Positions 8,645 through 19,117 of a stretch of DNA of 64,000 bases are shown here, one piece after another; positions within the stretch are counted from its first letter, which is position 1, and every line of letters begins with the position of its first letter. Made by a program: the position numbers and the translations under genes. The notes beneath the pieces are model-generated. The model did no database searches. It was not told the origin of the DNA and was given only the letters and a program-made list of their open reading frames with translations. The stretch comes from a bacterium (GTDB taxonomy: Bacteria > Zhuqueibacterota > Zhuqueibacteria > Residuimicrobiales > Krinioviventaceae), in NCBI GenBank assembly GCA_963675755.2, contig CAXXMD010000002.1:320001-384000 (forward strand), written 5' to 3'.

Positions 8645-11600
8645 ATGTTAGATTTTATAATGCAAAATAGTCTGCGAAACCGGTTGATTGTTGTTCTGGC
8701 TGGTATTGCAGTATTGGTAATGGGAGTACTAATATCCGGCAAACTGCCGGTTGATGTTTTTCCGGATTTAACCGCCCCTACAGTAACCGTATTGACCGAG
8801 GCCCATGGTATGGCGCCTGAAGAAGTAGAGATGCTGGTTACATTTCCCATCGAAACCGCTGTGAATGGAGCGACCGGGGTAAGGCGGGTAAGGTCCACTT
8901 CAATACAGGGCTTTTCCACTGTCTGGGTTGAATTCGAGTGGGGCATGGATATTTATCGTGCCCGTCAAATCGTAAATGAAAAGATGCAGAATCTACAGGG
9001 TGCCTTGCCCGATGGTGTAGATTCACCCGTACTTGCGCCTATAACTTCGCTCATGGGCGAGATTATGACTGTTGGTTTAACCAGCGATTCATTGTCTCTG
9101 ATGGAGTTGCGGTCATTGTCTGATTTTCAAATCCGCCGTAGATTGCTTGCCGTGCCCGGAGTTGCACAGGTCAAGGTCTATGGAGGAGAAGTCAAGCAGT
9201 ATCAGATTCTTGTGAATCCCAACATGTTACGTAAATATGATCTTACTTTGCATCAGGTGCATGAAGCTGCTCAAAGCGCCAACCTGAATGCTGCGGGTGG
9301 ATTTTACGTACAGTCCGGTCAGGAATATCTCATTCGGGGTATGGGACGAATCCATGACATTCAGGAACTGGAGAGGGCAGTGATCAGCACGCATAACAAT
9401 ATTCCGGTGTTAATGCGTGATATCGGAAGGATTGTAATTGGTCCGGCAACCAAGATTGGAGAATCTTCTGTCAATGGAGATCATGGAGTTTTGATTGTGA
9501 TCAGTAAGCAGCCGGACGCAAATACATTGAAACTGAATGAGCGTTTAAATACGGTTATTGCCAATATTGCGGATACCCTGCCAAAAGGAACAAAATTGCA
9601 TCCCAACCTGTTCACACAGGCGGGATTCATTACCCGAGCTGTGGAAAATGTTATAGATGCCCTACGTGATGGTGCTTTACTGGTTATCATCATTCTGGCT
9701 TTATTTTTGGCAAATGTGAGAACAACAATCATTTCAACATTGGCAATCCCTTTGTCACTCATGTTTTCTGTTTTGATCTTGTATTTAGCCAATCTTTCCA
9801 TAAATACCATGACATTGGGAGGTATGGCAATTGCCATTGGTGTATTGGTAGATGATGCTATCATATATGTTGAAAATGTGTTCCGACGATTGCGGCAAAA
9901 TCGGGATAAACCATCTAATGAGCAGCAAGACGAAGATGAGGTGATATTAAAAGCATCATCAGAAGTTCGGGCACCTATTTCAATAGCAACATTTATTGTG
10001 ATAATTGTGTTTTTACCCCTGTTCTTTCTGAGTGGCATTGAGGGAAGAATGCTCATCCCACTGGGTATTGCCTACATTGTTTCTATTTTTGCATCGTTGA
10101 TTGTTGCAATAACTGTAACTCCCGCACTCAGTTCATATCTGTTAAAACGGAACAAGAGCTCAAAAAATAGAGAGAGCTGGATCGTTCTATTTTTGCAGTC
10201 TTTGTATCGACCGGTTTTAAACTGGTGTTTAGCGCATAAACGGTGGGTGGTAAGTCTGGCAACTATAATTTTGGTTGTATCATTGGCGATATTGCCTTTT
10301 ATTGGTCGCTCTTTTTTACCTGAATTTAACGAGGGCACACTTAATATCAGTCTGGCAACTTTGCCGGGCACATCTCTGGATGAATCAGACAAGATTGGTC
10401 AGATTGCAGAGAATTTGTTATTGGAGCATCCTGCAGTTGTTACGGTTAGCAGACGTACCGGACGAACAGAAATGGATGAGCACTCGTTAGGCTCACACGC
10501 GCATGAACTGGAAGTTGAGATTGATTTTAGCCATATCACACAAGACCAGTTGTTAAAAGACGTGAGAGAAAAGTTGAGCTTGTTACCGGGATGTGTATTT
10601 GTGATAGGGCAACCTATTGGCCACAGAATTGATCATATGTTATCCGGTACACGCGCGAATATTGCAATCAAGATATTTGGATCAGATCTTTACAACCTTC
10701 GACAAATCGGTCTCAAAGTTCAACAAGAGATTGCGGACATACCGGGAGTAACAGATCTGTCAATGGACCAGCAAATCGACATCCCGCAGTTACGTATTCG
10801 GGCCAATCGTGAGCGTATGGCATTGTACGGCGTTACCATGGGTGATGTGGATGAGATGATAGATACAGCATTTCTGGGAACTGCTGTTTCCCAGGTATAT
10901 GAAGGCCAAAATCAGTATGATCTTGTTGTGCGCTATGACGAGTCATTTCGCAACAATATTGATGCAATTCGTAACAGCCTGATCGATACACCTATTGGCG
11001 CCAAAATTCCACTGGATATGATAATGGATATTCAGGTCGACCGTGGACCCAATTACATCAGTCGCGAAAATGCCCAGCGCAAGATCGTTGTGCAAGCCAA
11101 TGTGGCTGAAAGAGATATTGGCAGTGTGATCAGTGACATCCAATCCCGAATTGCAGGATCAGTTGATCTGCCCGTTGGCTATTATGTAGAGTATGGCGGC
11201 CAGTTTGAGAGTGAACAACAAGCCACACGTGTTATTTCTTTACTGAGCTTGTTATCACTGTTGCTTATCTTTTTGGCATTGTATCTGGAATTTAAAAACC
11301 TGAGAATACCATTTCTCATCATGTCTACATTACCTTTTGCTCTCATTGGCGGAATTATTGCCATTCGGGTTACGGGTGGAGTAATGACCATTGCATCTAT
11401 TGTGGGATTTATCACACTGTTTGGTATTGCCATTCGTAACGGCATTATCATGGTTTCTCATTATATACATTTGCGTGAAGAGGGTGTAGAGATATCTCAG
11501 GCTGTAATTCAGGGATCTCTTGATCGCCTGAGTCCCGTTCTTATGACCGCACTTACTACAGGATTAGCATTGACTCCGCTTGCCTTTGCCGGTAACAAAC

Positions 11601-11719
11601 CCGGTAATGAGATACAGGCTCCATTGTCTATTGTGATTTTGGGCGGATTGATTACTTCTACTTTGTTGACACTGTTGGTGCTGCCCATAGTTTACAGTTG
11701 GATTAATAAAGAGAAATAG
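8645..11719 (+). CDS. CusA/CzcA family heavy-metal RND efflux transporter
   Basis: LPVDVFPDL, GMAPEEVEMLVTFPIE, AIAIGVLVDDAIIYVEN, FLPEFNEG, RLSPVLMTA; ~1025 aa with RND topology. Confidence 0.95.
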   Translation: MLDFIMQNSLRNRLIVVLAGIAVLVMGVLISGKLPVDVFPDLTAPTVTVLTEAHGMAPEEVEMLVTFPIETAVNGATGVRRVRSTSIQGFSTVWVEFEWGMDIYRARQIVNEKMQNLQGALPDGVDSPVLAPITSLMGEIMTVGLTSDSLSLMELRSLSDFQIRRRLLAVPGVAQVKVYGGEVKQYQILVNPNMLRKYDLTLHQVHEAAQSANLNAAGGFYVQSGQEYLIRGMGRIHDIQELERAVISTHNNIPVLMRDIGRIVIGPATKIGESSVNGDHGVLIVISKQPDANTLKLNERLNTVIANIADTLPKGTKLHPNLFTQAGFITRAVENVIDALRDGALLVIIILALFLANVRTTIISTLAIPLSLMFSVLILYLANLSINTMTLGGMAIAIGVLVDDAIIYVENVFRRLRQNRDKPSNEQQDEDEVILKASSEVRAPISIATFIVIIVFLPLFFLSGIEGRMLIPLGIAYIVSIFASLIVAITVTPALSSYLLKRNKSSKNRESWIVLFLQSLYRPVLNWCLAHKRWVVSLATIILVVSLAILPFIGRSFLPEFNEGTLNISLATLPGTSLDESDKIGQIAENLLLEHPAVVTVSRRTGRTEMDEHSLGSHAHELEVEIDFSHITQDQLLKDVREKLSLLPGCVFVIGQPIGHRIDHMLSGTRANIAIKIFGSDLYNLRQIGLKVQQEIADIPGVTDLSMDQQIDIPQLRIRANRERMALYGVTMGDVDEMIDTAFLGTAVSQVYEGQNQYDLVVRYDESFRNNIDAIRNSLIDTPIGAKIPLDMIMDIQVDRGPNYISRENAQRKIVVQANVAERDIGSVISDIQSRIAGSVDLPVGYYVEYGGQFESEQQATRVISLLSLLSLLLIFLALYLEFKNLRIPFLIMSTLPFALIGGIIAIRVTGGVMTIASIVGFITLFGIAIRNGIIMVSHYIHLREEGVEISQAVIQGSLDRLSPVLMTALTTGLALTPLAFAGNKPGNEIQAPLSIVILGGLITSTLLTLLVLPIVYSWINKEK

Positions 11720-11728
11720 ATTCATTGT

Positions 11729-11755
11729 AAAGGCCGGATATCATTCCGGCCTTTT
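11729..11755. terminator. Bidirectional terminator between convergent genes
   Basis: AAAGGCCGGA-tatcat-TCCGGCCTTTT. Confidence 0.8.
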
Positions 11756-11756
11756 A

Positions 11757-13328
11757 CTATCTCATCAATATCATCTTTTTATTTTTTTTAATGCCACCAT
11801 AATTCATGTTATAAAAATAAACTCCTGATGGCACCTGATTACCCAAATAATCTGTACTGTCCCATGTGATCGTATACTGTCCCGCTTGATAATGGCGATT
11901 TACCAGTGTCTTAACCATTCTACCCTTTATATCAAATACATTGATCATGATTTGTTCTGAATTTGCAACTCTAAATTTGATTTGTGTTGTTGGATTAAAC
12001 GGATTGGGGTAATTCTGCATCAGTTCGAATTGTTCCGGTGTTTCATTGTGTTTTCCAATACCGGTTTCTGGTGTGGTGAGCTCAAATACGTGTATAATGC
12101 TCTTGTCCTCATCTGCTCGTCGTTCATTGATGTATAGTAATCCACGTGAACGGTCGTAACAGCAGGCGCCCAGTGTTGTCATTTTGTAATTACCGTAATC
12201 GTACCCCGGACTAAACATGTATTCATTGATGTTCAGCATGGCATAGGGTTGAGGCTCCCACGGGGATTTGTTGCCGTTTGCTACATCTGCCAAGTCGTTA
12301 GGATCAAAAAACAGAATTACAGCATTGATACTGTCTGCCCACCATCCGCGTTCATCATGCGGCCATTCGGGAACATCTGGAAACGGTGGTTCCTGCGGCC
12401 AAACCGTACCGTCCGAAAATCCATACCAGGAATCTCCCATGGCCTTGGTACCCACCAGAACGACTGCCGATCTGTCTCCACCTGTTAACCAGGCGCCCCC
12501 TGACCATTCATCCGGTTCTTTATAGTCGTTCATTTTCTTGTCCTGTGATACAACCAGATACGGATTACCCGGTTCATGCTCTCCATACATGAGAAGGGGA
12601 GTGATGTTCCACAGCGTATCCCCTGCGGTTGGCAATGTGGAATGAACAACAGGTGTATACGCGTACAAGGCTGGGCCGTAACCGCCCCATTCACCGTCCC
12701 TGAATCGTCCGCTGGCAATGTATTGGCCCGGAGTGTTTGCATCTGCCCATTCCTGAGGTATAGCAAATAAATAATCGTTTGTTGTATAGTGACTGTAATT
12801 GCCAAAATACCAGGGTCCTGCAGGTGTCGGGTTGCCCAGATCCAGATTGCAATATCCATGTGATGGTACAAGTACATCCTGAAAATGTTCACCGCGACAG
12901 TAATAGAGTCCTTCGGGCAGATCACCCATTGCAGGCAAGTACTCTATGCCCATCCGTGGGATTTCCTGTTCACCAAATACACCCCCGGTTATATCTCCAA
13001 AGGGTTGCAGTGTTTCTGCAACGTTGAGATCGGCAGGATCTTTGGTTCCGGAAATTACAGGATTTGGAATGGATATCTCTGAAACCAGTTGGTGATGATC
13101 ATGCCCCAATGCAAAAATGGATCCCGGAAAATCATCTGAATTTGAGGGATCTCCATCCGGATAAAAAGTCATGGCATATCCACTGTAAATCCATTCAGAA
13201 ACATCAGAAACATCCGGTAGTCTAAACGCCCCAAGATAATTCAGGTCCTGTGGTTGTATTAATTCTCCCGCAGACAAGAAAGTTGCTGTGCAAAACAATA
13301 AACTGATAATTGATTTTAAATTTTTCAT
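11757..13328 (-). CDS. Secreted protein of unknown function with C-terminal sorting (T9SS-type A-like/FlgD Ig) domain
   Basis: Signal peptide; LIQPQDLNYLGAFRLP start; C-terminal QNYPNPFNPTT...SGVYFY...KKMILMR. Confidence 0.85.
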   Translation of the reverse strand: MKNLKSIISLLFCTATFLSAGELIQPQDLNYLGAFRLPDVSDVSEWIYSGYAMTFYPDGDPSNSDDFPGSIFALGHDHHQLVSEISIPNPVISGTKDPADLNVAETLQPFGDITGGVFGEQEIPRMGIEYLPAMGDLPEGLYYCRGEHFQDVLVPSHGYCNLDLGNPTPAGPWYFGNYSHYTTNDYLFAIPQEWADANTPGQYIASGRFRDGEWGGYGPALYAYTPVVHSTLPTAGDTLWNITPLLMYGEHEPGNPYLVVSQDKKMNDYKEPDEWSGGAWLTGGDRSAVVLVGTKAMGDSWYGFSDGTVWPQEPPFPDVPEWPHDERGWWADSINAVILFFDPNDLADVANGNKSPWEPQPYAMLNINEYMFSPGYDYGNYKMTTLGACCYDRSRGLLYINERRADEDKSIIHVFELTTPETGIGKHNETPEQFELMQNYPNPFNPTTQIKFRVANSEQIMINVFDIKGRMVKTLVNRHYQAGQYTITWDSTDYLGNQVPSGVYFYNMNYGGIKKNKKMILMR

Positions 13329-13479
13329 GTTAATCCCCTGATTATACATTGTGATTATGAAATATATTACAATATCAATGAACAATGCCAGTCTTTTTTC
13401 TTGATATTCTTGAAATCAATCACTATAGTTCAATATCCTGTTGTTGAACAATTCAATCATATATACTGGGAGGGTAAAC

Positions 13480-14622
13480 ATGAGATTCATCGTTCCAATC
13501 GTACTGGTTCTGAGCGTATTGTTATCCTGTACATCTACACCACCAGGATTAAATGTTAAACATGTAGTGGTTTATCAGGAAAAAGGACATTTTGGCGGCT
13601 GGCCGGCCAATCATGGCATTTGGAGCTGGGGAGATGAAATTCTGGTAGGATTTTCTGAAGGTCAATACAAAGATCTGGGTCCGGACCGGCATCACATTGA
13701 CCGGGAAAAACCAGAGCGTCATTTCCTCGCCCGCAGTTTGGACGGTGGAGAAACCTGGGAGATTATTGATCCTGCTTTACAGGGAGATTTGATACCGGAA
13801 GGCGGTTTCCTGCATGGTGTACCTCGTGAGGATGTTGAGATTCCACCTTTAATGGATTGTCCCGGTGGTATTCCTTTTACTAATCCTGATTTTGCCATGA
13901 CTTGCCGTACCAATAATATTGATGCCGGTGTGTCTCGTTTTTGGTATTCTATTGATCGGGGACATGACTGGCTTGGTCCCTATCGATTACCTGATTTTGG
14001 CTTTACCGGCACTGCAGCGCGTACCGATTATCAGGTAGAAGGCCCCTCTACCTGTACACTCTTTTTAACTGCCGCAAAAGCTGACAGCAATGAAGGACGG
14101 CCCTTTTGTGCACGTACTCATGATGGCGGAGAATCCTGGGAGCTGGTTTCTACAATCGGACCTGAACCAGATGGATTTAGTATCATGCCGGCTTCGGTTA
14201 AACTGGATGATGACTCTTATTACGTAGCCGTCCGTAGAAGGGAGGGCGACAAGCGCTGGATAGGTGCCTGGCGTACGGATGATGATTGTAAAACCTGGCA
14301 AAGTATGCCTGATCCCGTTGAAGATTGCGGAGAAGGGAATCCCCCCAGTCTTATCCGTTTACAGGATGGCAGACTGTGTTTGAATTATGGCTATCGTGCC
14401 GAACCGTTCAGTATTCTTGCAAAACTGAGCGATGACGAAGGCCGGACATGGAGTGATCCCATTGTATTACGACAAGATGGTGCGGGTCGTGATATTGGCT
14501 ATTGCCGTGCTGTCCAACGCCCGGACGGCAAGGTAGTGACGCTTTATTACTTTACTGATCCTGTAACCGGGCCCGAGCGTTCTATTGTTGCAACCATCTG
14601 GCAACCACCGACCAAAGATTGA
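13480..14622 (+). CDS. Asp-box (BNR) beta-propeller lipoprotein, sialidase-like fold
   Basis: Lipobox LLSC; five Asp-boxes (SLDGGETW, SIDRGHDW, THDGGESW, TDDDCKTW, SDDEGRTW); DIGY near C-terminus. Confidence 0.85.
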   Translation: MRFIVPIVLVLSVLLSCTSTPPGLNVKHVVVYQEKGHFGGWPANHGIWSWGDEILVGFSEGQYKDLGPDRHHIDREKPERHFLARSLDGGETWEIIDPALQGDLIPEGGFLHGVPREDVEIPPLMDCPGGIPFTNPDFAMTCRTNNIDAGVSRFWYSIDRGHDWLGPYRLPDFGFTGTAARTDYQVEGPSTCTLFLTAAKADSNEGRPFCARTHDGGESWELVSTIGPEPDGFSIMPASVKLDDDSYYVAVRRREGDKRWIGAWRTDDDCKTWQSMPDPVEDCGEGNPPSLIRLQDGRLCLNYGYRAEPFSILAKLSDDEGRTWSDPIVLRQDGAGRDIGYCRAVQRPDGKVVTLYYFTDPVTGPERSIVATIWQPPTKD

Positions 14623-14641
14623 TAAAAATATAAAATTTAAT

Positions 14642-14678
14642 GCCCGATTTATTTTTTTAATGAATCGGGCTTTTTTTT
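14642..14678 (+). terminator. Rho-independent terminator
   Basis: GCCCGATT...AATCGGGC followed by T8. Confidence 0.8.
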
Positions 14679-14844
14679 GCATAATTATTTTCTTTTGTTG
14701 ATAAATATATATAATATTACTATAGTACTATTCATCTCCCAATTTCTTTAGGGGGGAGATAAAGCTGTGTTATTGAAAGTAAATTCAATATTAATAATTC
14801 AAAACGAATTACCAGAGATGAACATTTTAACGAAAGGGGTTGTT

Positions 14845-15447
14845 ATGACTTTATCCCAAACCGAAAACAAAGTATTAATGGCACAGGCACGAGAATCTTT
14901 AACCGGGAATTGGAAACTTGCAATTGGAACATGTCTTGTTTATTTATTATTAGCAATTGGTATTTCTTACATTCCTGGAATTGGTTTTATTGCACAACTA
15001 ATAATCGCAGGGCCACTTGGGGTAGGTATATCTATATTCAGCCTATCTATTGCTAGAAATCAGGAACCAAAGTTTGATCAATTGTTTGAAGGATTTCAGA
15101 ATTTTGATGTTGCTTTGGGTACGTATTTGTTGATGATTTTATTTATTTTGCTCTGGATGCTGCTGCTCATCATTCCCGGGATTATCGCATCACTTGCATA
15201 TTCTCAAATATTTTATATTCTTGCAGAAGATAAAAACATTGGTCCTATGGATGCATTAGCAAAAAGTAAACAAATGATGCAGGGGAACAAGTGGAAATAT
15301 TTTTGTTTGGGTTTAAGATTTATAGGCTGGGCATTACTTTGTGTATTAACATTAGGAATTGGATTCTTATGGTTATCGCCTTATGCTTATGTAAGTTATG
15401 CCAAGTTTTATGATGATTTAAAGGTTGCAGGGCCTGAATTATCATAA
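14845..15447 (+). CDS. DUF975 family membrane protein
   Basis: ARESLTGNW, LWMLLLIIPGIIASLAYSQ, SKQMMQGNKWKYFCL, LTLGIGFLWLSPY, FYDDL. Confidence 0.9.
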   Translation: MTLSQTENKVLMAQARESLTGNWKLAIGTCLVYLLLAIGISYIPGIGFIAQLIIAGPLGVGISIFSLSIARNQEPKFDQLFEGFQNFDVALGTYLLMILFILLWMLLLIIPGIIASLAYSQIFYILAEDKNIGPMDALAKSKQMMQGNKWKYFCLGLRFIGWALLCVLTLGIGFLWLSPYAYVSYAKFYDDLKVAGPELS

Positions 15448-15518
15448 AGTTTTACTGCATTTCCGCGTTAATTAATTTGTTATACTTTTTGGGTTCGGAA
15501 AACAGGTTTGGAGAAGGA

Positions 15519-16685
15519 ATGAAATTTTGTTCAATATTTTTGATTTCAATTCTCATTTCAGGAATTTTACTTGCACAGGATTTTGGTGTACCTGATCCTG
15601 AACCAATAACGGATTTACCAGTATTCTGGAAAAGTACACTGGATGATATTAATAGCGAGATTAATGATGTCACAAAAGGAAAGACGTCAATTGTGTCCCA
15701 ATCTCCAGGCGGATTTCCCGTTTATTTGGTAACCTATGGTACAAAACAGGATTTTAAACATCAAGCCAATTACAACTCGGCAGTAGCTGCAAGAAATCCT
15801 GCATATTATGCCCAAAAAGACAGTACAAAACAACCGGTATTGTTTTTCCTCGGTCCGGTTCATGGTCAAGAGATGGAGAATATTGTAGGGTTATTAAATT
15901 TTATCCATGTTTTAGAAACAGGTAAAGACTATCGCGGAAAAGCCTGGCCTGAGCTGGTAGATAAAGCAGAACAATGTCGTATTTTGATCATTCCCTGTGC
16001 AAATCCGGATGGGCGTCGGCGTTGTCAATACGATACATTTCTGGGGCTGCCAACTAAAACCATGACCAAGTATGGGCAGGGTACCCGTAAAGATGGATCT
16101 TTGTACGGTTGGCCTGGTGCCAAAGCTGTACATCCCATGCGGGGTGATGTTGGAATTTTGGGTGCTTATTTTAATGACAATGGCATCAACATCATGCACG
16201 ACGAGTTTTTCAATCCCATGACTCAGGAAACCCGGGCTATCATGAATATTGCCCGTATGGAAGCTCCTGATATAATTGTTTCTCTACATTCCCATGAAAA
16301 CAAACCCATGGTGCTGCAGCCCAATTATGAACCCGTTTATATCAAAAAAAGGATTACTGCTTTTTCGGAACAATTGAGGCACCGCTTTGAAGAAAAAGGA
16401 CTGCCTTTTTCTGAATGGGGAGCAATGCAGAAAGAATCTATTGAACGACCTGAAGATGCAGAATTTCCACCCCGAAACAGTTTTAATCTCACCAGCGCTT
16501 TACATCACACATGTGGAGCCATGGTATTTACCTTTGAATGTCCCCATGGATGTGTGGGAAAACCGGAAACCAAACCCATTGTTAGCTGGGAAGACATTCT
16601 GGATATCCAATTGAATCTGTATGCTGAAATGATTGACTATGTTTTGCAAAATAAACCGCTTTGGGAGATTCCGGAAAACAACTAG
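15519..16685 (+). CDS. Secreted M14-family zinc carboxypeptidase-like protein
   Basis: Signal peptide; HGQE (HxxE), ANPDG, SLHSH, FTFECPHG catalytic Glu. Confidence 0.8.
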   Translation: MKFCSIFLISILISGILLAQDFGVPDPEPITDLPVFWKSTLDDINSEINDVTKGKTSIVSQSPGGFPVYLVTYGTKQDFKHQANYNSAVAARNPAYYAQKDSTKQPVLFFLGPVHGQEMENIVGLLNFIHVLETGKDYRGKAWPELVDKAEQCRILIIPCANPDGRRRCQYDTFLGLPTKTMTKYGQGTRKDGSLYGWPGAKAVHPMRGDVGILGAYFNDNGINIMHDEFFNPMTQETRAIMNIARMEAPDIIVSLHSHENKPMVLQPNYEPVYIKKRITAFSEQLRHRFEEKGLPFSEWGAMQKESIERPEDAEFPPRNSFNLTSALHHTCGAMVFTFECPHGCVGKPETKPIVSWEDILDIQLNLYAEMIDYVLQNKPLWEIPENN

Positions 16686-16688
16686 TAT

Positions 16689-16726
16689 AAAAAAAGCCCG
16701 GTGTTAATGATGACCGGGCTTTTTTT
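16689..16726. terminator. Bidirectional terminator
   Basis: A7-GCCCGGT...ACCGGGC-T7 between convergent genes. Confidence 0.85.
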
Positions 16727-16728
16727 AA

Positions 16729-17700
16729 TTATGATTTGAATTTGCGTGTTACAGGATCAATTTTTAATATCTCTGCTATTGTATGTCCCCACATTTTCTT
16801 ACGGTCATTGTCCGGTACATTATTCGCATCCAGCATCATCTGAAATCGTTCTATATTGCTTTTTAATCCGGTTGGTTTTTCATCCGTACCGAACAGAATA
16901 TGTTCCCATGCTCCGGGACCGCCTTTGAGTGTGTGAGGATTGTTTTCAGATTCATCATCACTCCACCAAAGAATTTCACTCATACGTTCCAGTTTGCCTA
17001 GTTTGATGAACTTTAATAGTGTTGAACCGGTTACATCAAAGTATAATGTAGGGTTCCATCTTGCAGCTTCCGCGGCTTCATCATACCAAGGATTGCCCAA
17101 ATGTGCACCTTGAACAGTTAACCTTGGGAACTGACGACAAATGGTATCCAGATATATGGGACGCATTCTCGCGGTAGATCCCCATTGGGGTTCATCTGTG
17201 ATACGATGTGAGGAAATACCAGTGTGGAACAATAGATGGAATCCCAGTTCCTCGCACAATCGATAAATGTGAAAATAGGAGGGATCGTCATAATTTTTTT
17301 GCGGACTGTGAAATTTCATGCCCACAAAACCATTCTTTTTAAAATCCTCAATTTCACGTACCGCATTTACATCATCAAGGTTTACCCGGCCATACCCAAT
17401 GAAAATTTCGGGGTGCGATTTCATGGCATCTATCATTAACTGCATATCTTTATGCCAGGTCAGCACACATGCCATGGCTTTATAGGGCTTATAGTTGGTC
17501 ACCATATCTCTGACCCACTGATCATTGCTGCCACAATGGATATGAGAATCAATAATGAAATCCGGGATCTTGAAATCCTTTTTTTCTTCTGCAGCCTGAG
17601 ATTCACCTGGCTGGGTTATTATGCCCGCGGCTGCGGCTACTGCTGTATATTTGGCGGTTCTGGAGAAAAAATCACGTCTTGCTAATTTTTCATCATTCAT
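16729..17700 (-). CDS. Tat-exported amidohydrolase family protein (Amidohydro_2-like)
   Basis: ARRDFF twin-arginine signal; IDSHIH, GMKFH, LFHTG, GAHLGNPW, ILFGTD metal-ligand motifs. Confidence 0.85.
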   Translation of the reverse strand: MNDEKLARRDFFSRTAKYTAVAAAAGIITQPGESQAAEEKKDFKIPDFIIDSHIHCGSNDQWVRDMVTNYKPYKAMACVLTWHKDMQLMIDAMKSHPEIFIGYGRVNLDDVNAVREIEDFKKNGFVGMKFHSPQKNYDDPSYFHIYRLCEELGFHLLFHTGISSHRITDEPQWGSTARMRPIYLDTICRQFPRLTVQGAHLGNPWYDEAAEAARWNPTLYFDVTGSTLLKFIKLGKLERMSEILWWSDDESENNPHTLKGGPGAWEHILFGTDEKPTGLKSNIERFQMMLDANNVPDNDRKKMWGHTIAEILKIDPVTRKFKS

Positions 17701-17720
17701 GTTGTCACCTCTGTTTTATA

Positions 17721-19079
17721 CTACAAACTTGCCGGAGGTATATCTGTAATTTCTTCGTTTTGCCGGTCCCAATATAATTTTTTACCAGTACGGTATGCCT
17801 GTGTTGCCATTGCAGCGCCAACCGAATGCCAGAATCCCGTATGGATGTGTCCATTGGTCATAAAGTTTCTACTACGCATGCAATCAATCCAATTATCCAG
17901 ATGCGGTTTGCTGTCATCACTTTGGGAAGGTGGTGGTACATTATTGTTTCCTTCTATGGTAACCAATTCTGCACGACCATTTTGTACTGCCTCTTTAAAG
18001 CCTTCATAAAAACGATATCGACCAGATTTGTTTCCGCCTTCAGGAATCAAGAACCAACGCGGACTTCCTTCACCACCATCCGAAAAGAGCGTTGCTTCTT
18101 TTCCGCGAATTACCGAGTAATCGCCAAACAAGTTGCCATAAGTCGAGTTGTATGAATAGAGAAAATTCTGATCTTCATATGTTGCCAGAGCCTGAAAAGT
18201 ATCCGGATTTTGCCGGATGTCCGGCCATGAGAAAATGCCGCCACTTGCTACCATGGTATCCGGAATTGCGGTATCCATAAAAAAGTGGACCAAACCAATA
18301 CCGTGGCTCATCCATTGACTGGTAATGCCGCCTGAATAGTCCCTAAAAATTCTGAATTCAAAATACGCCCATGGATTAAAGGGTTGATAGGGTTTGTTCA
18401 GTAACCATCTGTTCCAATCCGTATCCTCTTCCCGAATTGCAGCAACGTCCGGATCACCGGGTTCATGCCAGCGATGGTTGTTGTCATTCCAGCATTGTTC
18501 CACTTTGGATATTTCTCCCAATCTTCCTGAACGGATAATCTCTCTGACCTTGAGATGATAGGGATCAGAAACCCATTGAGAACCCATTTGTACAACTTGA
18601 TTTGAATTTAATACCGCTTTTCGAGCATACTTTGCTTCTTCAATATCCAACGCCATGGGCTTTTCACAATAACAGTCTTTGCCAGCCTGAACGACCTCTG
18701 CCAGGATGTAGCCATGTTGAAAATCACCGGTGGCGATCATGACGCCATCCAAATCTTTCATAGCAAGCATATCTTCAGAATATTGAAATTGTTTTACATC
18801 CGTATCAAATCTTTTTTTACAATCTGCCGCTGCTTTTTCCCTGTTGTTTTTCCAGATATCGCATACGGCAACAACGCCAAGGTTTTTATCTTTTGTTGAT
18901 GTTTCAACCATACTGCGGTGACCTCTGCTGCGTGCACCACAACCGAGAAAACCAATATTGATCCTGTCGTTTGCGCCTTTAACTTTAGCGTATGATTTTG
19001 CGCTCATGGCAGTAACCGCTCCCGCAACACCCAAAGCGGATTTGTTGATGAAACCGCGTCGACTCAATTCTTTAGTCAT
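17721..19079 (-). CDS. Tat-exported Gfo/Idh/MocA family oxidoreductase
   Basis: SRRGFI signal; ANDRINIGFLGCGARS; YCEKPM; QMGSQ. Confidence 0.9.
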   Translation of the reverse strand: MTKELSRRGFINKSALGVAGAVTAMSAKSYAKVKGANDRINIGFLGCGARSRGHRSMVETSTKDKNLGVVAVCDIWKNNREKAAADCKKRFDTDVKQFQYSEDMLAMKDLDGVMIATGDFQHGYILAEVVQAGKDCYCEKPMALDIEEAKYARKAVLNSNQVVQMGSQWVSDPYHLKVREIIRSGRLGEISKVEQCWNDNNHRWHEPGDPDVAAIREEDTDWNRWLLNKPYQPFNPWAYFEFRIFRDYSGGITSQWMSHGIGLVHFFMDTAIPDTMVASGGIFSWPDIRQNPDTFQALATYEDQNFLYSYNSTYGNLFGDYSVIRGKEATLFSDGGEGSPRWFLIPEGGNKSGRYRFYEGFKEAVQNGRAELVTIEGNNNVPPPSQSDDSKPHLDNWIDCMRSRNFMTNGHIHTGFWHSVGAAMATQAYRTGKKLYWDRQNEEITDIPPASL

Positions 19080-19117
19080 TTTCCAACCTCGTATATATAC
19101 AATTGTATTAGTATCAA

